A stretch of 64,000 bases of DNA from Candidatus Gottesmanbacteria bacterium (GTDB lineage Bacteria; Patescibacteriota; Microgenomatia; UBA10105; UBA927): NCBI GenBank assembly GCA_963714095.1, contig OY970230.1:70206-134205 (forward strand), read 5' to 3'. The position numbers and the translations under genes are program-made. The notes below the pieces were generated by a model. It worked only from the letters and a program-made list of their open reading frames with translations. It was not told where the DNA came from and ran no database searches. This document shows positions 43,509 through 53,696 of the stretch, piece by piece. How positions within the stretch are numbered: position 1 is the first letter of the stretch; every line of letters starts with the position of its first letter.

Positions 43509-44255
43509 CTAACTCTCAACCGCATGCTTTGCGTGTTCCCCCTCACCATGGGATACCGCAACATTCAAAAATGCAGCCGTTAACATAGAAAACACTAACG
43601 CCTGGATAAATCCGACAAAAAGCTCCAGCGCCATAAACGGAAGAGGAACGATAAACGGTATAAGAAATGCCATAACAGTCAGAAGTACTTCTCCGGCAAA
43701 TATATTCCCGAACAACCGGAAGGCAAATGATACGATGTCCGCAAGCTGGGATATAATCTCAAGTATGCCTAAAAAGAAATCAATGGGCCCTTTGAAATTT
43801 ATAAACCTCGTACTGTAATGGAATCCGAGAGTTTTAAACCCGAAATATTGTATGGCAACGATAGAAATGATTGCTAGCGCCAGCGTCATATTGAGGTCTG
43901 CGTTGGGTCCCCGGAGAAGAGGTACAAACTTTCCCGCCTCATAAAACCCTACGGTACCCACACCGGGAAGCAGGCCCAGCCAGTTTGCCGTCACAATAAA
44001 CAGAAAAAATGAAGCAATGAGCGGAAAAAACTCTTTAATATGCTTACCGGCAACTGACGTAAAAAAATCGTACAGTCCTCCGACAATCATTTCCGCAACA
44101 AGCTGAACGCCGTGGGGGATGAGCGTCATCTTGCGGGTTGCGGCCAAAGAAAAAACAATTAAGAATGCCATGACAACCCATGTCGCCAGAAGTGAATTTG
44201 TAATGGGAAAACCGAATATGAACCCAATTTTTTCCGCTGCAAGTGATATATTCAT
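43509..44255 (-). CDS. atpB: F0 ATP synthase subunit a
   Basis: Multi-TM protein with conserved R-containing helix (FAFRLFGNIFAGE). Confidence 0.85.
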   Translation of the reverse strand: MNISLAAEKIGFIFGFPITNSLLATWVVMAFLIVFSLAATRKMTLIPHGVQLVAEMIVGGLYDFFTSVAGKHIKEFFPLIASFFLFIVTANWLGLLPGVGTVGFYEAGKFVPLLRGPNADLNMTLALAIISIVAIQYFGFKTLGFHYSTRFINFKGPIDFFLGILEIISQLADIVSFAFRLFGNIFAGEVLLTVMAFLIPFIVPLPFMALELFVGFIQALVFSMLTAAFLNVAVSHGEGEHAKHAVES

Positions 44256-44265
44256 ACGTCAATTA

Positions 44266-44553
44266 TCATTGTTTTTGTACAATTTTCCTTATAATCCGAA
44301 CAAACATAAGTGCAGATACCAAAAATCCTACCGCAATTCCCGTTACTGCCCCTGTAGGATACATCCCGAATCTCCGGTCAATAAGTGACCCGAGTATCGC
44401 TCCACCGGCAATTGGGATGGCAATAACGTATCCGATTTGCCCCACCAGTCCCAAATAATACCACGCAGAATCGCTGTCCGTTTTCTTTTGTACCGGTCGG
44501 TTCTTCGCTCCCCGGAACCCATCCTTCAGCGTGATATCGTATTGCTCTACCAC
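44266..44553 (-). CDS. AtpZ/AtpI-like small membrane protein
   Basis: First gene of the atp operon; two TM helices. Confidence 0.45.
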   Translation of the reverse strand: MVEQYDITLKDGFRGAKNRPVQKKTDSDSAWYYLGLVGQIGYVIAIPIAGGAILGSLIDRRFGMYPTGAVTGIAVGFLVSALMFVRIIRKIVQKQ

Positions 44554-44672
44554 ACAAAACCCAAATCCTCATTCCAGACAAGGGTAACCATATTCTAGGA
44601 AATAGTCACCCGTAAAGTCAACATCTTTCTTTTTGACGGATTATTGCTATAATAAAAGATTAATACATCCGT

Positions 44673-47600
44673 CTAAACAAGCAATTTAACGGTATCAACT
44701 AAAATTGTAAGCCGGTCATCTTTTTGATCCAGTCTTCCGGTTAGTTCGACAACTCGGTCGGTTTTCCACAAATCAGACGTCAGAGCGAAAATTTTAGGGA
44801 AAACTACGACTTCTATCGTACCCGTAAGGTCCTCCAGACGGGCAAAGGCCATCTCATGATTCCCGGCCCTCGTTACGATCTTTTTAACATTCACGATGAT
44901 ACCGGCCAAGGCAACGCGTTCCCCGATGCGGTCTGAGGAGAGCTCCGTAATTTGAGTAAACGACCTCTTGGCCAGTGTTGCGCGGTGCGGTTCCAAGGGA
45001 TGTGTCGTCAGATAAAAACCTAATAGCTCCTTCTCAAAACCCAGAAGTTCCGACTGCGTCAACTCAGGCACATCGGGCATGACATCGGAAAAAACCTGAG
45101 CCGCGGCATCATCACCAAATAACCCTACCTGCCCGGAAGCAACGGACTTTTTTTGTTTATGCGACTGTTCCAATAGATCACCGTAGCCGGAAAGCAGGGC
45201 AGCACGAGACCCGAAACTGTCCATACCACCGGCTTTAATCAGACTTTCAAAGGTTTTTTTATTGACCTTGGAAGTATCAACGCGGGAAACAACATCGGAA
45301 AGGCTCACAAATTTTGAAATTTTACGCGCCGCAAGAATGCTTTCTATTGCTGCCGACCCGACATTTTTCACAGCGGACAGCCCGAAACGGATCTTTCCGT
45401 CTTCAATGGCAAATTCAACACCGGATTTGTTTATATCGGGCGGAAGCAGGGTAAGGCCTGTCCTTCTGCATTCAGCAATCATGCTTGCGATTTTTTCGTC
45501 ACGTGCCGGCCCCGTATTTGCGCGGGATTCAGCCGTTAAAACCGCTGTCATAAACTCCACAGGGTAATTTGCTTTGAGATATGCCGTCTCATAGGCAATG
45601 GTTGCGTAACAGGCAGCATGCGCTTTGTTGAATCCGTACCCCGCAAACGGCTCGATAAGTGTAAATATTTCTTCCGCTTTCGCTTTCGTTAACCCGTTTT
45701 TAACGCATCCGTCAATAAATTTTTCTTTTTGTTTTTTCATCTCTGTCGGAATTTTTTTACCGACGGCTTTCCGCAACTTGTCCGCGTCTCCCCAGGAATA
45801 CCCGGCAAGAGTGATTGCAGTTAAAAGGACATCATCCTGATAGGCGATAATCCCGTAGGATTGTTTCAGTACATCCTTCAACCTCGGATCTGGATAGGAG
45901 ATAAGCTCTCGATTATGTTTTCTTTTGATAAATTCCGGAATCGTCGCCATGGGCCCCGGCCGAAACAGTGCCACCATTGCCATGACGTCAAAAATATTCG
46001 TGGGCTGAAGTTCTTTAATGTAGCGGCGCATACCGGCAGATTCAAGCTGAAATACACCGGTCGTTTCACCGCTTGAAAGCATGTGGTACGTTTTTTTATC
46101 ATTCAGGGGAATTTTTTCCAGATCAATAGTTTCTCCCCGGACGTCCGCAATAAATCTGAGGGCCTGTGACATAATCGTGAGATTTCGAAGTCCCAAAAAG
46201 TCCATTTTGAGAAGCCCGACACCGTCTTCCCCGACCGTGTACATATCATACTGCGTAATAATCCTCTCCCCTTTGCTTTCTTTCTGGAGCGGCGTGTACT
46301 CGACAAGTTCCTTATCCGAAATCACCACACCCGCTGCATGTACCGAGGCGTGGCGTGCAACGCCTTCCAGCCGGCGTGCGACATCCAGAAGCCGTTTAGT
46401 TTCCGGCTCGGTTTTGTAGGCAAGCGACAATTCAGCAGATTGCTCAATAGCCTTTTCAATCGTCATAGGACTGCCCTGAAAACCAGCGGGAATCATTTTG
46501 CTGATGCGGTCCGGGCCAGCATAAGGCATACCCAATGCCCGTCCGGTATCGCGTATCGCTCCCCGGGCCTCCATGGTACCGAAGGTAATAATCTGAGCGA
46601 CTTTATCAGACCCGTACCGTTTCGTTACATACGCAATCACTTCGTCACGCCTGTCATCTTCGAAATCCAAATCTATATCCGGAGGGCTCGGTCGGGACGG
46701 ATTTAAAAACCGTTCAAACGGCAGTTGAAAATATAAGGGATTCAGGCCAGTGATATTGAGAACATATGAAATAACAGAACCGGCCGCACTCCCTCGACCC
46801 GGACCAACCGCTATCCCGTTATTTTTTGCCCAATTGACGAAATCCTGCACAATAAGAAAATACGTCGAATACCCTTTTGCGTTGATAATACCCAATTCGT
46901 AGCTGATGCGATCCTTAATCTCCTGCGTTATCGCCGGATATTTTGTTTTTGCCCGCTCCCACACCATATTTTCTAAATGTTTTGCAGGCGTCTCACCGCC
47001 GGAAAGCGGATAGTGGGGCAAAATCCATTTCCCGACGGACAGCGTCACATCACACATATTGGCGATTTTTACCGTATTTTCTATCGCCTCAGGATATTGA
47101 ATGAACAACCCCTTCATTTCTTCGGGACTGCGCATATAAAAATCCGGTGATTCTATCATGGACAGCGGCCTGTTTTTTTCCAATATCGTGTGCTGAGTCT
47201 GGACGCAGAGTAATATTTCCTGCGCCTCGGCATCAGCCGCGTCCACATAATGGATGTCGTTGGTAGCGACTAATGGCAACCCGAGACTTCGCGAGAGCGT
47301 TACAAGCTTCTCGTTCACCTCGTCAATAAGCGCAATATGCGGATGTTTCTGAATCTCAATATAATAATGGTCCGGACCAAACAGTTCGGCGTACTCACCT
47401 GCGACACGCTCCGCTTCCTTATCTTTCCCTTGTCGGAGAAGTGCCGCAAGCTGCCCCTGGACGCATGCACTCGTGCAAATGAGCCCTTCGTGGTATTTGG
47501 TTAATAACTCCCAGTCTATACGTGGTTTGTAATAATACCCCTCAAGATGCGCGTAAGTGACAAGCTTCATGAGGTTTCTGTAGCCGGCTTCGTTTTTGGC

Positions 47601-47876
47601 AAGAAGAATAAGATGATATGGATCGGTATCGATTTTCCCTTCTTTATCAAAACGGCTGCGGCGGGCAACATATGTTTCAACACCGATTATGGGTTTAATG
47701 CCGGCTGCTTTCGCTTTTAAATAAAACTTGAAACTCCCGTACATCGCACCGTGATCGGTTAAAGCAAGCGCGTCCATGCCGTACGACTTAGCCCGCTCAA
47801 TAAGATGGTCGAGCTTCCCCAACCCATCCAAAAGCGAAAACTCGCTGTGCGTATGAAGATGAACAAAATCGCTCAT
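44673..47876 (-). CDS. dnaE: DNA polymerase III alpha subunit
   Basis: PHP N-terminus HLHTHSEFSLLDG, 1067 aa, intact. Confidence 0.95.
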   Translation of the reverse strand: MSDFVHLHTHSEFSLLDGLGKLDHLIERAKSYGMDALALTDHGAMYGSFKFYLKAKAAGIKPIIGVETYVARRSRFDKEGKIDTDPYHLILLAKNEAGYRNLMKLVTYAHLEGYYYKPRIDWELLTKYHEGLICTSACVQGQLAALLRQGKDKEAERVAGEYAELFGPDHYYIEIQKHPHIALIDEVNEKLVTLSRSLGLPLVATNDIHYVDAADAEAQEILLCVQTQHTILEKNRPLSMIESPDFYMRSPEEMKGLFIQYPEAIENTVKIANMCDVTLSVGKWILPHYPLSGGETPAKHLENMVWERAKTKYPAITQEIKDRISYELGIINAKGYSTYFLIVQDFVNWAKNNGIAVGPGRGSAAGSVISYVLNITGLNPLYFQLPFERFLNPSRPSPPDIDLDFEDDRRDEVIAYVTKRYGSDKVAQIITFGTMEARGAIRDTGRALGMPYAGPDRISKMIPAGFQGSPMTIEKAIEQSAELSLAYKTEPETKRLLDVARRLEGVARHASVHAAGVVISDKELVEYTPLQKESKGERIITQYDMYTVGEDGVGLLKMDFLGLRNLTIMSQALRFIADVRGETIDLEKIPLNDKKTYHMLSSGETTGVFQLESAGMRRYIKELQPTNIFDVMAMVALFRPGPMATIPEFIKRKHNRELISYPDPRLKDVLKQSYGIIAYQDDVLLTAITLAGYSWGDADKLRKAVGKKIPTEMKKQKEKFIDGCVKNGLTKAKAEEIFTLIEPFAGYGFNKAHAACYATIAYETAYLKANYPVEFMTAVLTAESRANTGPARDEKIASMIAECRRTGLTLLPPDINKSGVEFAIEDGKIRFGLSAVKNVGSAAIESILAARKISKFVSLSDVVSRVDTSKVNKKTFESLIKAGGMDSFGSRAALLSGYGDLLEQSHKQKKSVASGQVGLFGDDAAAQVFSDVMPDVPELTQSELLGFEKELLGFYLTTHPLEPHRATLAKRSFTQITELSSDRIGERVALAGIIVNVKKIVTRAGNHEMAFARLEDLTGTIEVVVFPKIFALTSDLWKTDRVVELTGRLDQKDDRLTILVDTVKLLV

Positions 47877-48979
47877 AATTGTTTCATGTAGTCATCAATA
47901 TGATCATAAATATATCTATTAACGTGGGCGATAAATTTATCCTGTAAATCAAGACTGCGACGATGCGCTCTCCGCTTAAATGAGTCTGATACATATTCAT
48001 GCATCAAGGGTTGGGGATCTTGCGCAAGGCTCATTTCTTTTAACTGAGAATCATGTATGCCCCACGTAGCTTTCGCGCTAAATTGCAACAAACGCCTAAA
48101 AATTGAGGGGTCAGCTTGCTCCTGATTTTTTAATTTTGCAAGAAGAGCAATGCGCTTATACATCTTTTGCATATCTGACTTTGTGTCAGCCACCTCATCC
48201 AAAAATTTTGAACATCGCTCCACATCTCCAGATCGTTCTTCTCCTTTCTCAATATCAAAATTCATTGATATAAAATCATCTTTTGCTTTTTTGTCCAGCT
48301 GCGCAATCCCCCAGTCTAGTAGATCAGTTCTTGCAACGCCGAAACTCGACGGAAGTATATTAAGTAATGGAGTTTCGGCATTTTGAAGTTTTATTTCAAT
48401 CTCATTCATATATTCAAGGACATCTCGATGGTTACCGCGAATAATAAGTGCAAATTCGTCTCCCCCCATAAGATACGCTTTAAAATCGGTGAAATGTTCA
48501 TATATGTAGCGAACAAGTGGGTTTTTTGGATCAAATGTTGCTTTATGAAATGGATTAATTAATGTTTGCGCTATATATTGTTTGTACGCGTCTCCTCCGG
48601 AATGGCCTGCTTCAGCGTTAACACCGTTAAGCATCCCCAGATCAAAATGAATAACGTGAAGGGTGTCTGTATCTTCATCACGTAGACTTCGCAATGATTT
48701 ACGTACTTCATTATCGAGTTCGCTCCAATAGCTTCCTTTTTCTTTAAGTCCAGTCGAAAAATCAACCGAAGCCCTCTGTTTCTCTTCAAGCTGAATGTAG
48801 GTACCAAGTTTTTCCTGTTCCCCTCGCCTATTCGCTTCTTCCATCCGTTTTACTGTGTTTGGTGATACATGTGAAATATCTGGTCCTAATTGTTCAGCAA
48901 TGTTTTTAGATATTGACGTATCTAGCATTTTTTTTAATACGGGAGATATGTTTTCCAAATTCAAACCACTGTCGTTCAT
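47873..48979 (-). CDS. GGDEF-domain (diguanylate-cyclase family) protein with N- and C-terminal extensions
   Basis: DFSTGLKEK...LHVIHFDLGMLNGVNAEAGHSGGDAY...YLMGGDEFALI aligns to D.LTGL.NR...lD.D.FK.iND..GH..GD and GGDEF. Confidence 0.55.
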   Translation of the reverse strand: MNDSGLNLENISPVLKKMLDTSISKNIAEQLGPDISHVSPNTVKRMEEANRRGEQEKLGTYIQLEEKQRASVDFSTGLKEKGSYWSELDNEVRKSLRSLRDEDTDTLHVIHFDLGMLNGVNAEAGHSGGDAYKQYIAQTLINPFHKATFDPKNPLVRYIYEHFTDFKAYLMGGDEFALIIRGNHRDVLEYMNEIEIKLQNAETPLLNILPSSFGVARTDLLDWGIAQLDKKAKDDFISMNFDIEKGEERSGDVERCSKFLDEVADTKSDMQKMYKRIALLAKLKNQEQADPSIFRRLLQFSAKATWGIHDSQLKEMSLAQDPQPLMHEYVSDSFKRRAHRRSLDLQDKFIAHVNRYIYDHIDDYMKQL

Positions 48980-50268
48980 AAATATTTTTTCAAGGTGGAT
49001 TTTAATACATCGATAGATATTGATGGGTATTTTCTTTTTATTTGTCCAATCAGAAACATAAGCGCTTGTTCTTTACCCTTTTTATAATCGTCCACTGCTT
49101 TTGTATTTTGACGTATAACCTGTTGTATCACTTTTTCCAACTCCGCATCGGAAATTGGTGAAACCGCTGACGCCTGAACAATGGATTTTACAAGTGTTGC
49201 GGGTAACACTTCATCAATATTCAATTTTTTATTAATAATCCAGTTAGCAAGTTTTTTTGGCGGCACTGCTCCGATCTTCACGCATTCCTCAAAATAATCG
49301 GCCAATTCCCGAGTATCAGTTAATAAATTCGCGTCATACTCATTCAACATGTAGTCCTTTTTAAACCGGGCAAGTTTTGCATTAGGTAATTCCGGTAAAG
49401 AAGATTTTATTCCGCTCACAAACGTACTCGTCCAGCGCATCGGAGGAATATCGGGTTCCGGAAAATACCGGTAGTCATCTGCCGACTCTTTCACGCGCTG
49501 TGACACGGTTTCATTTTTCCCTTCCATCCATCCGCGCGTTTCCTGCACGGGCGTTATTCCCTGTTCCAACAAAAGGTAGTGCCTTTTGACTTCATATTCA
49601 ATAGCCTTTTTGACGAAATTAAATGAGTTGATATTTTTCACTTCTACTTTATAATTTGGAAGATCTTTCGATCCTACAGGGCGAACGGAAATATTTGGCT
49701 CGAGACGCATGGAGCCTTTTTCCATGTCGGCGTCCGATATTCCTATGTACCGGACAATCTGATACAGCTTTTTCAAAAACTCTTTTGCCTGATCGCCGCT
49801 TTTAATATCCGGCTCGGTCACTATTTCAACAAGAGCAACACCACTGCGGTTAAAATCCACAAGAGTGACCTTTTTACCGTCAATCGTTGTGTGAAGAAGT
49901 TTTCCAGTGTCCTCTTCTAAATGCACCCTGTGAATCCGGACATCACCAAGCTTGCCCGTGACCGCCAGCGGTTGGTCATACTGCGAAATCTGGTAGCCTT
50001 TCGGCAAATCCGGGTAAAAATAATTTTTTCTGTCGAATTTACTAAAAAGCGGAATCTCACACCCGAGTGCCAGCCCCAGTTTTATCGTCCACTCAATCGC
50101 TTTTTTATTTGGGACTGGCAATCCCCCGGGCAATGCAAGGCATACAGGGCACGTCTGCGTATTGGGTGGTTTGGCAAAATGATCGGCCGGACATCCGCAG
50201 AACATCTTACTTCTCGTTTTGAGTTCTACGTGTATTTCCATCCCGATAACAGGTTCGTACTTTGTCAT
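48976..50268 (-). CDS. gatB: Asp/Glu-tRNA amidotransferase subunit B
   Basis: EPVIGMEIHVEL N-terminus. Confidence 0.9.
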   Translation of the reverse strand: MTKYEPVIGMEIHVELKTRSKMFCGCPADHFAKPPNTQTCPVCLALPGGLPVPNKKAIEWTIKLGLALGCEIPLFSKFDRKNYFYPDLPKGYQISQYDQPLAVTGKLGDVRIHRVHLEEDTGKLLHTTIDGKKVTLVDFNRSGVALVEIVTEPDIKSGDQAKEFLKKLYQIVRYIGISDADMEKGSMRLEPNISVRPVGSKDLPNYKVEVKNINSFNFVKKAIEYEVKRHYLLLEQGITPVQETRGWMEGKNETVSQRVKESADDYRYFPEPDIPPMRWTSTFVSGIKSSLPELPNAKLARFKKDYMLNEYDANLLTDTRELADYFEECVKIGAVPPKKLANWIINKKLNIDEVLPATLVKSIVQASAVSPISDAELEKVIQQVIRQNTKAVDDYKKGKEQALMFLIGQIKRKYPSISIDVLKSTLKKYL

Positions 50269-50269
50269 A

Positions 50270-51679
50270 TTATTTCCAGGAATTCCACTTCGTTGCCTGC
50301 TCAAATGCGTATGCGGCGGAAATCATTTTTTCTTCCTGCCAGTAATTTGCCATAATATTCAACCCTATGTATAAATTTGTTTTCGGGTCCCTATGGCACG
50401 GAACATTCATACCCGGCAAACCGGAAATCGAACTTGGCTCAAGTAAAATATCCTCAAGTTCTCCGTACATCGGGTTATCTTTCGTTGCGCCTATCTTTTG
50501 TGCATAACACGGACTTGTCGGTGAAATCAAAAGATCATATGTGCCGAATAAATCCTGGTAATTTTGAATATAGAGTGTCCGTACTTTTTGTGCAGTTACG
50601 TAATACCGTTCGGCGTATCCTTTGGATAATGTAAAAGTGCCCAGCATTATCCGGCGTTTCGCCTCATCACCGAAAAATGACCGGTCGGTGCCGTAACGTA
50701 CCCCGTCGAAACGGGCTAGGTTACTGCTTACTTCACTTCGTTGTACGACCGTGTATACGGCAACGGAGAAATTCGGGTCAAAAATATGACCTTTTTCCAA
50801 TTTTTTACTTACTGGCACCAGTTCGACTTCGGCGCCAAGCCGCTCGAAAACTTTTCCGGCTTCTGAAACGGCTTTTGCCGCATCAGATCCTATTAATTTT
50901 TCATGATCCGTATAACAGATGCCGATTTTTAAACCCTTGACGCCTTTTTGTACATTTTTTGTAAAATCCGGTACAGGCTGCGGTGATGTCGTAGCGTCAT
51001 ATTTGTCACTCCCGGCAATATAATTTAACAACGTCGCACAATCTTCAACCGTCTTCCCTATCGGCCCGGGGGAATCAGTGGAAGATGCCATTGCCACGAC
51101 TCCTGCACGGCTTACACGCCCATAGGTAGGCTTTAATCCCACGACACCGCACCATGAGGAGGGTTGGCGAATAGACCCCGCCGTCTCGCTTCCAATGGCG
51201 GCAATACACATATCCGCGGCGACCGCTGCAGCAGACCCGCCGCTGGATCCTCCCGGCAAATATTCAGGATTTCTGGGATTTTTTGTTGGGCCGAAAGCCG
51301 ATGTTTCGGTGCTGCTGCCGTGCGCCCACGCATCCATGTTCGTTTTTCCGGAAACGACCCCTCCCGCCTGTTTCAAGCGGGAAACGACGGTTGCATCAAA
51401 AGGCGGAATAAAATTTTTTAATACATTGGAGGAGGCCGTCGTTTTCATTCCTTTCGTCAGAAAATTATCCTTCACGGCAATCGGTACGCCTGCTAACGGT
51501 TTTCCTATTTGCTTTTCCGCATCTGCCACCGCCGTATTGTTACGGGAAAGATAAATATTGAATTCGGAATTTTTTTCGGCAATCGCATCATCAACGTCGC
51601 GGTACAATTGCGCAAGAGAAAACTCTTTGTGATGCAACTTTTCAATCGTGTCTTTCAGTGTCAGGGTATTCAGTTTCAT
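50270..51679 (-). CDS. gatA: Asp/Glu-tRNA amidotransferase subunit A
   Basis: Amidase signature GGSSGGSAAAVAA. Confidence 0.9.
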   Translation of the reverse strand: MKLNTLTLKDTIEKLHHKEFSLAQLYRDVDDAIAEKNSEFNIYLSRNNTAVADAEKQIGKPLAGVPIAVKDNFLTKGMKTTASSNVLKNFIPPFDATVVSRLKQAGGVVSGKTNMDAWAHGSSTETSAFGPTKNPRNPEYLPGGSSGGSAAAVAADMCIAAIGSETAGSIRQPSSWCGVVGLKPTYGRVSRAGVVAMASSTDSPGPIGKTVEDCATLLNYIAGSDKYDATTSPQPVPDFTKNVQKGVKGLKIGICYTDHEKLIGSDAAKAVSEAGKVFERLGAEVELVPVSKKLEKGHIFDPNFSVAVYTVVQRSEVSSNLARFDGVRYGTDRSFFGDEAKRRIMLGTFTLSKGYAERYYVTAQKVRTLYIQNYQDLFGTYDLLISPTSPCYAQKIGATKDNPMYGELEDILLEPSSISGLPGMNVPCHRDPKTNLYIGLNIMANYWQEEKMISAAYAFEQATKWNSWK

Positions 51680-51681
51680 AC

Positions 51682-52011
51682 CTAATCATCTGCAAGTATC
51701 TGATCCACGACAAAATATCCGTTATGCTTGCGCGGCGCGTTGGCAAGCGCCTGATCCGGTGTAAACTCCCGCCCGCTGTCAATCTCGTCTTCCCTGAATA
51801 CGTTTTCTAGCCCTGTCACCTGGCTCGTAGGATCGGCTCCTGCCACGTCAACCGAAAAAAGCGTATCGACGACCTTCATCGTCGTATTAAAACCCTGTGC
51901 CAGCGCCGTCTGCTCGCGGATTGTTATGGGAATATTGGCTAATTTCGCGATTTTGTGAACATCTTCCGATATAAATTTCTTTGTTGTTCTTGATGCCATA
52001 ACTAGTGACAT
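51682..52011 (-). CDS. gatC: Asp/Glu-tRNA amidotransferase subunit C
   Basis: Size and position upstream of gatA. Confidence 0.7.
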   Translation of the reverse strand: MSLVMASRTTKKFISEDVHKIAKLANIPITIREQTALAQGFNTTMKVVDTLFSVDVAGADPTSQVTGLENVFREDEIDSGREFTPDQALANAPRKHNGYFVVDQILADD

Positions 52012-52080
52012 TCTAGCTGAGTTTGCTTAAAAAGGCTAGCGGCCTTATGATTTTTCGCATCGTCATGATATAGTATTTTC

Positions 52081-52671
52081 GTGGAAACGATTACTGCACC
52101 TAAATCGGCCTTTTTGAAAGAATTTGGCGGTATACAAATTCATTTCGAACACAAAACCCAGAATACTATCGCATCCGATGACCTCGCTGCTCTGAAAAAT
52201 TTTCTTGATGTAGAACGCGATCAGATCAGCCAATATAAGCAACTTCCGTTATTTAAACCGGACATATATTCGCAAAGACTCTATGCTTTAGGAAATCATG
52301 CAACCGCTGTCAGAGAACTACGGGAGAATCTAACTAGCGCAGATATAGCAGGTGAAGACATTCAGTTGATTTTGGCCAAAAATCCTTATGAAAATATAGT
52401 AGGATTTAGTTATGTTTCTATAGATAAACAAATACCGGATGCGAAAGATCAAATAACATTTACATATCTTGGTGTTGGCTGGGAATATACGAACAAAGGT
52501 ATCGGGACTGAACTTTTATTACAACGTTTTGATGATCTACGACACGTGGGTATTCCTTCCTATAAGACAAGAGTCTGGAAAGCGACCTTAGATCTCAATA
52601 CCAAATTAGGACTGCAAATAGAACATTATGATCCAAAGGATTATAAAAAAATCCGTGTTACGTTCGAATAG
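52081..52671 (+). CDS. GNAT-like acetyltransferase (GTG start)
   Basis: YLGVGWEYTNKGIGTELL resembles GNAT motif A. Confidence 0.4.
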   Translation: METITAPKSAFLKEFGGIQIHFEHKTQNTIASDDLAALKNFLDVERDQISQYKQLPLFKPDIYSQRLYALGNHATAVRELRENLTSADIAGEDIQLILAKNPYENIVGFSYVSIDKQIPDAKDQITFTYLGVGWEYTNKGIGTELLLQRFDDLRHVGIPSYKTRVWKATLDLNTKLGLQIEHYDPKDYKKIRVTFE

Positions 52672-52676
52672 TTCTA

Positions 52677-52963
52677 TGCAGAAATATCAAACTATCTTCC
52701 AGCTGATGATCGATGAAAATAAGGAATTATTTGATAATTTTACGCTTGTCCACGAAGCGTTTATACTCAATTCTGAAGCGAATAAGGCACGGTTTAATCA
52801 AGTAGGATCTGAGGTTCTGGATGTCATCCGCCAGTATGAGCGGGTTCTCTGCGGAAAGACAGAATCAGGCCAGTACGGCAAATTCAGCAGTAATCTCTCC
52901 CAAAAATTCTGGGACGAAATCCGTAAAGTCTACCGCAAAATCGATTTTGTAGGGATTAAGTAA
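52677..52963 (+). CDS. Small helical hypothetical protein
   Basis: ORF only. Confidence 0.25.
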
Positions 52964-53696
52964 ATCGCTGCAGTATCGCTTCGTGCGCACGCCATTCCAA
53001 TGTATCATCCAGCGGATCCAATGAAATTTTCTTTTTGTATTTAACTTCGAGCGTTTTGGTGATCAGCCAGTCGGCGATGTGCGGGTTTTTCGGGAGGAAC
53101 GGGCCGTGGGAGTACGTGGCGATGCAGTTTTTATACACAGCGCCTTCGGTACGGTCCTCGCCGTTGTTGCCGCAGCCTTTCACAACTTTAGCAAACGGTT
53201 TCACGCCTTTCCCCAGATACGTTCGCCCGCCGTGATTCTCAAAGCCAACGATAGTTTTACCGTCTGGAAGTTTCCCGATCGTGTTTCCTATACACCTCGG
53301 TTTCTTTTTGCCGAAGTGTTTACTGACCATGTCAAAAATACCAAGTCCCTCAAGCATTTTGCCGTCGCCTGTCATATAATAGTGCCCCAATAGTTGCGGC
53401 GCTCCACAAACGAATAATCCGGGAATCCCCATTTCAAACATTTTTTTCAAGACCGGCCCCTTTTTTACCCGCAGATCATCAACCAGTATTCCCTGCTGCC
53501 GGTCCTGTGCCCCGCCTCCAAAAATCAAATCGCACGATTCTATTTCCTTCGCTGTTGTTTTGAAATCAATCGGCAAAATAGTCACTTTTATTCCGCGCCA
53601 CTGGCAGCGTTTCGTAAGCACAAATATATTCCCGCGGTCACCGTAGGTACTCATGAGCTCTGGATACAACCAACCGATGGTAATATCGTATTTCAT
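52956..53696 (-). CDS. gatD: Lipid II isoglutaminyl synthase, glutaminase subunit GatD
   Basis: Glutamine amidotransferase-like fold (GAPQLLG). 4-bp overlap with the upstream Mur-ligase-like gene. Confidence 0.7.
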   Translation of the reverse strand: MKYDITIGWLYPELMSTYGDRGNIFVLTKRCQWRGIKVTILPIDFKTTAKEIESCDLIFGGGAQDRQQGILVDDLRVKKGPVLKKMFEMGIPGLFVCGAPQLLGHYYMTGDGKMLEGLGIFDMVSKHFGKKKPRCIGNTIGKLPDGKTIVGFENHGGRTYLGKGVKPFAKVVKGCGNNGEDRTEGAVYKNCIATYSHGPFLPKNPHIADWLITKTLEVKYKKKISLDPLDDTLEWRAHEAILQRFT

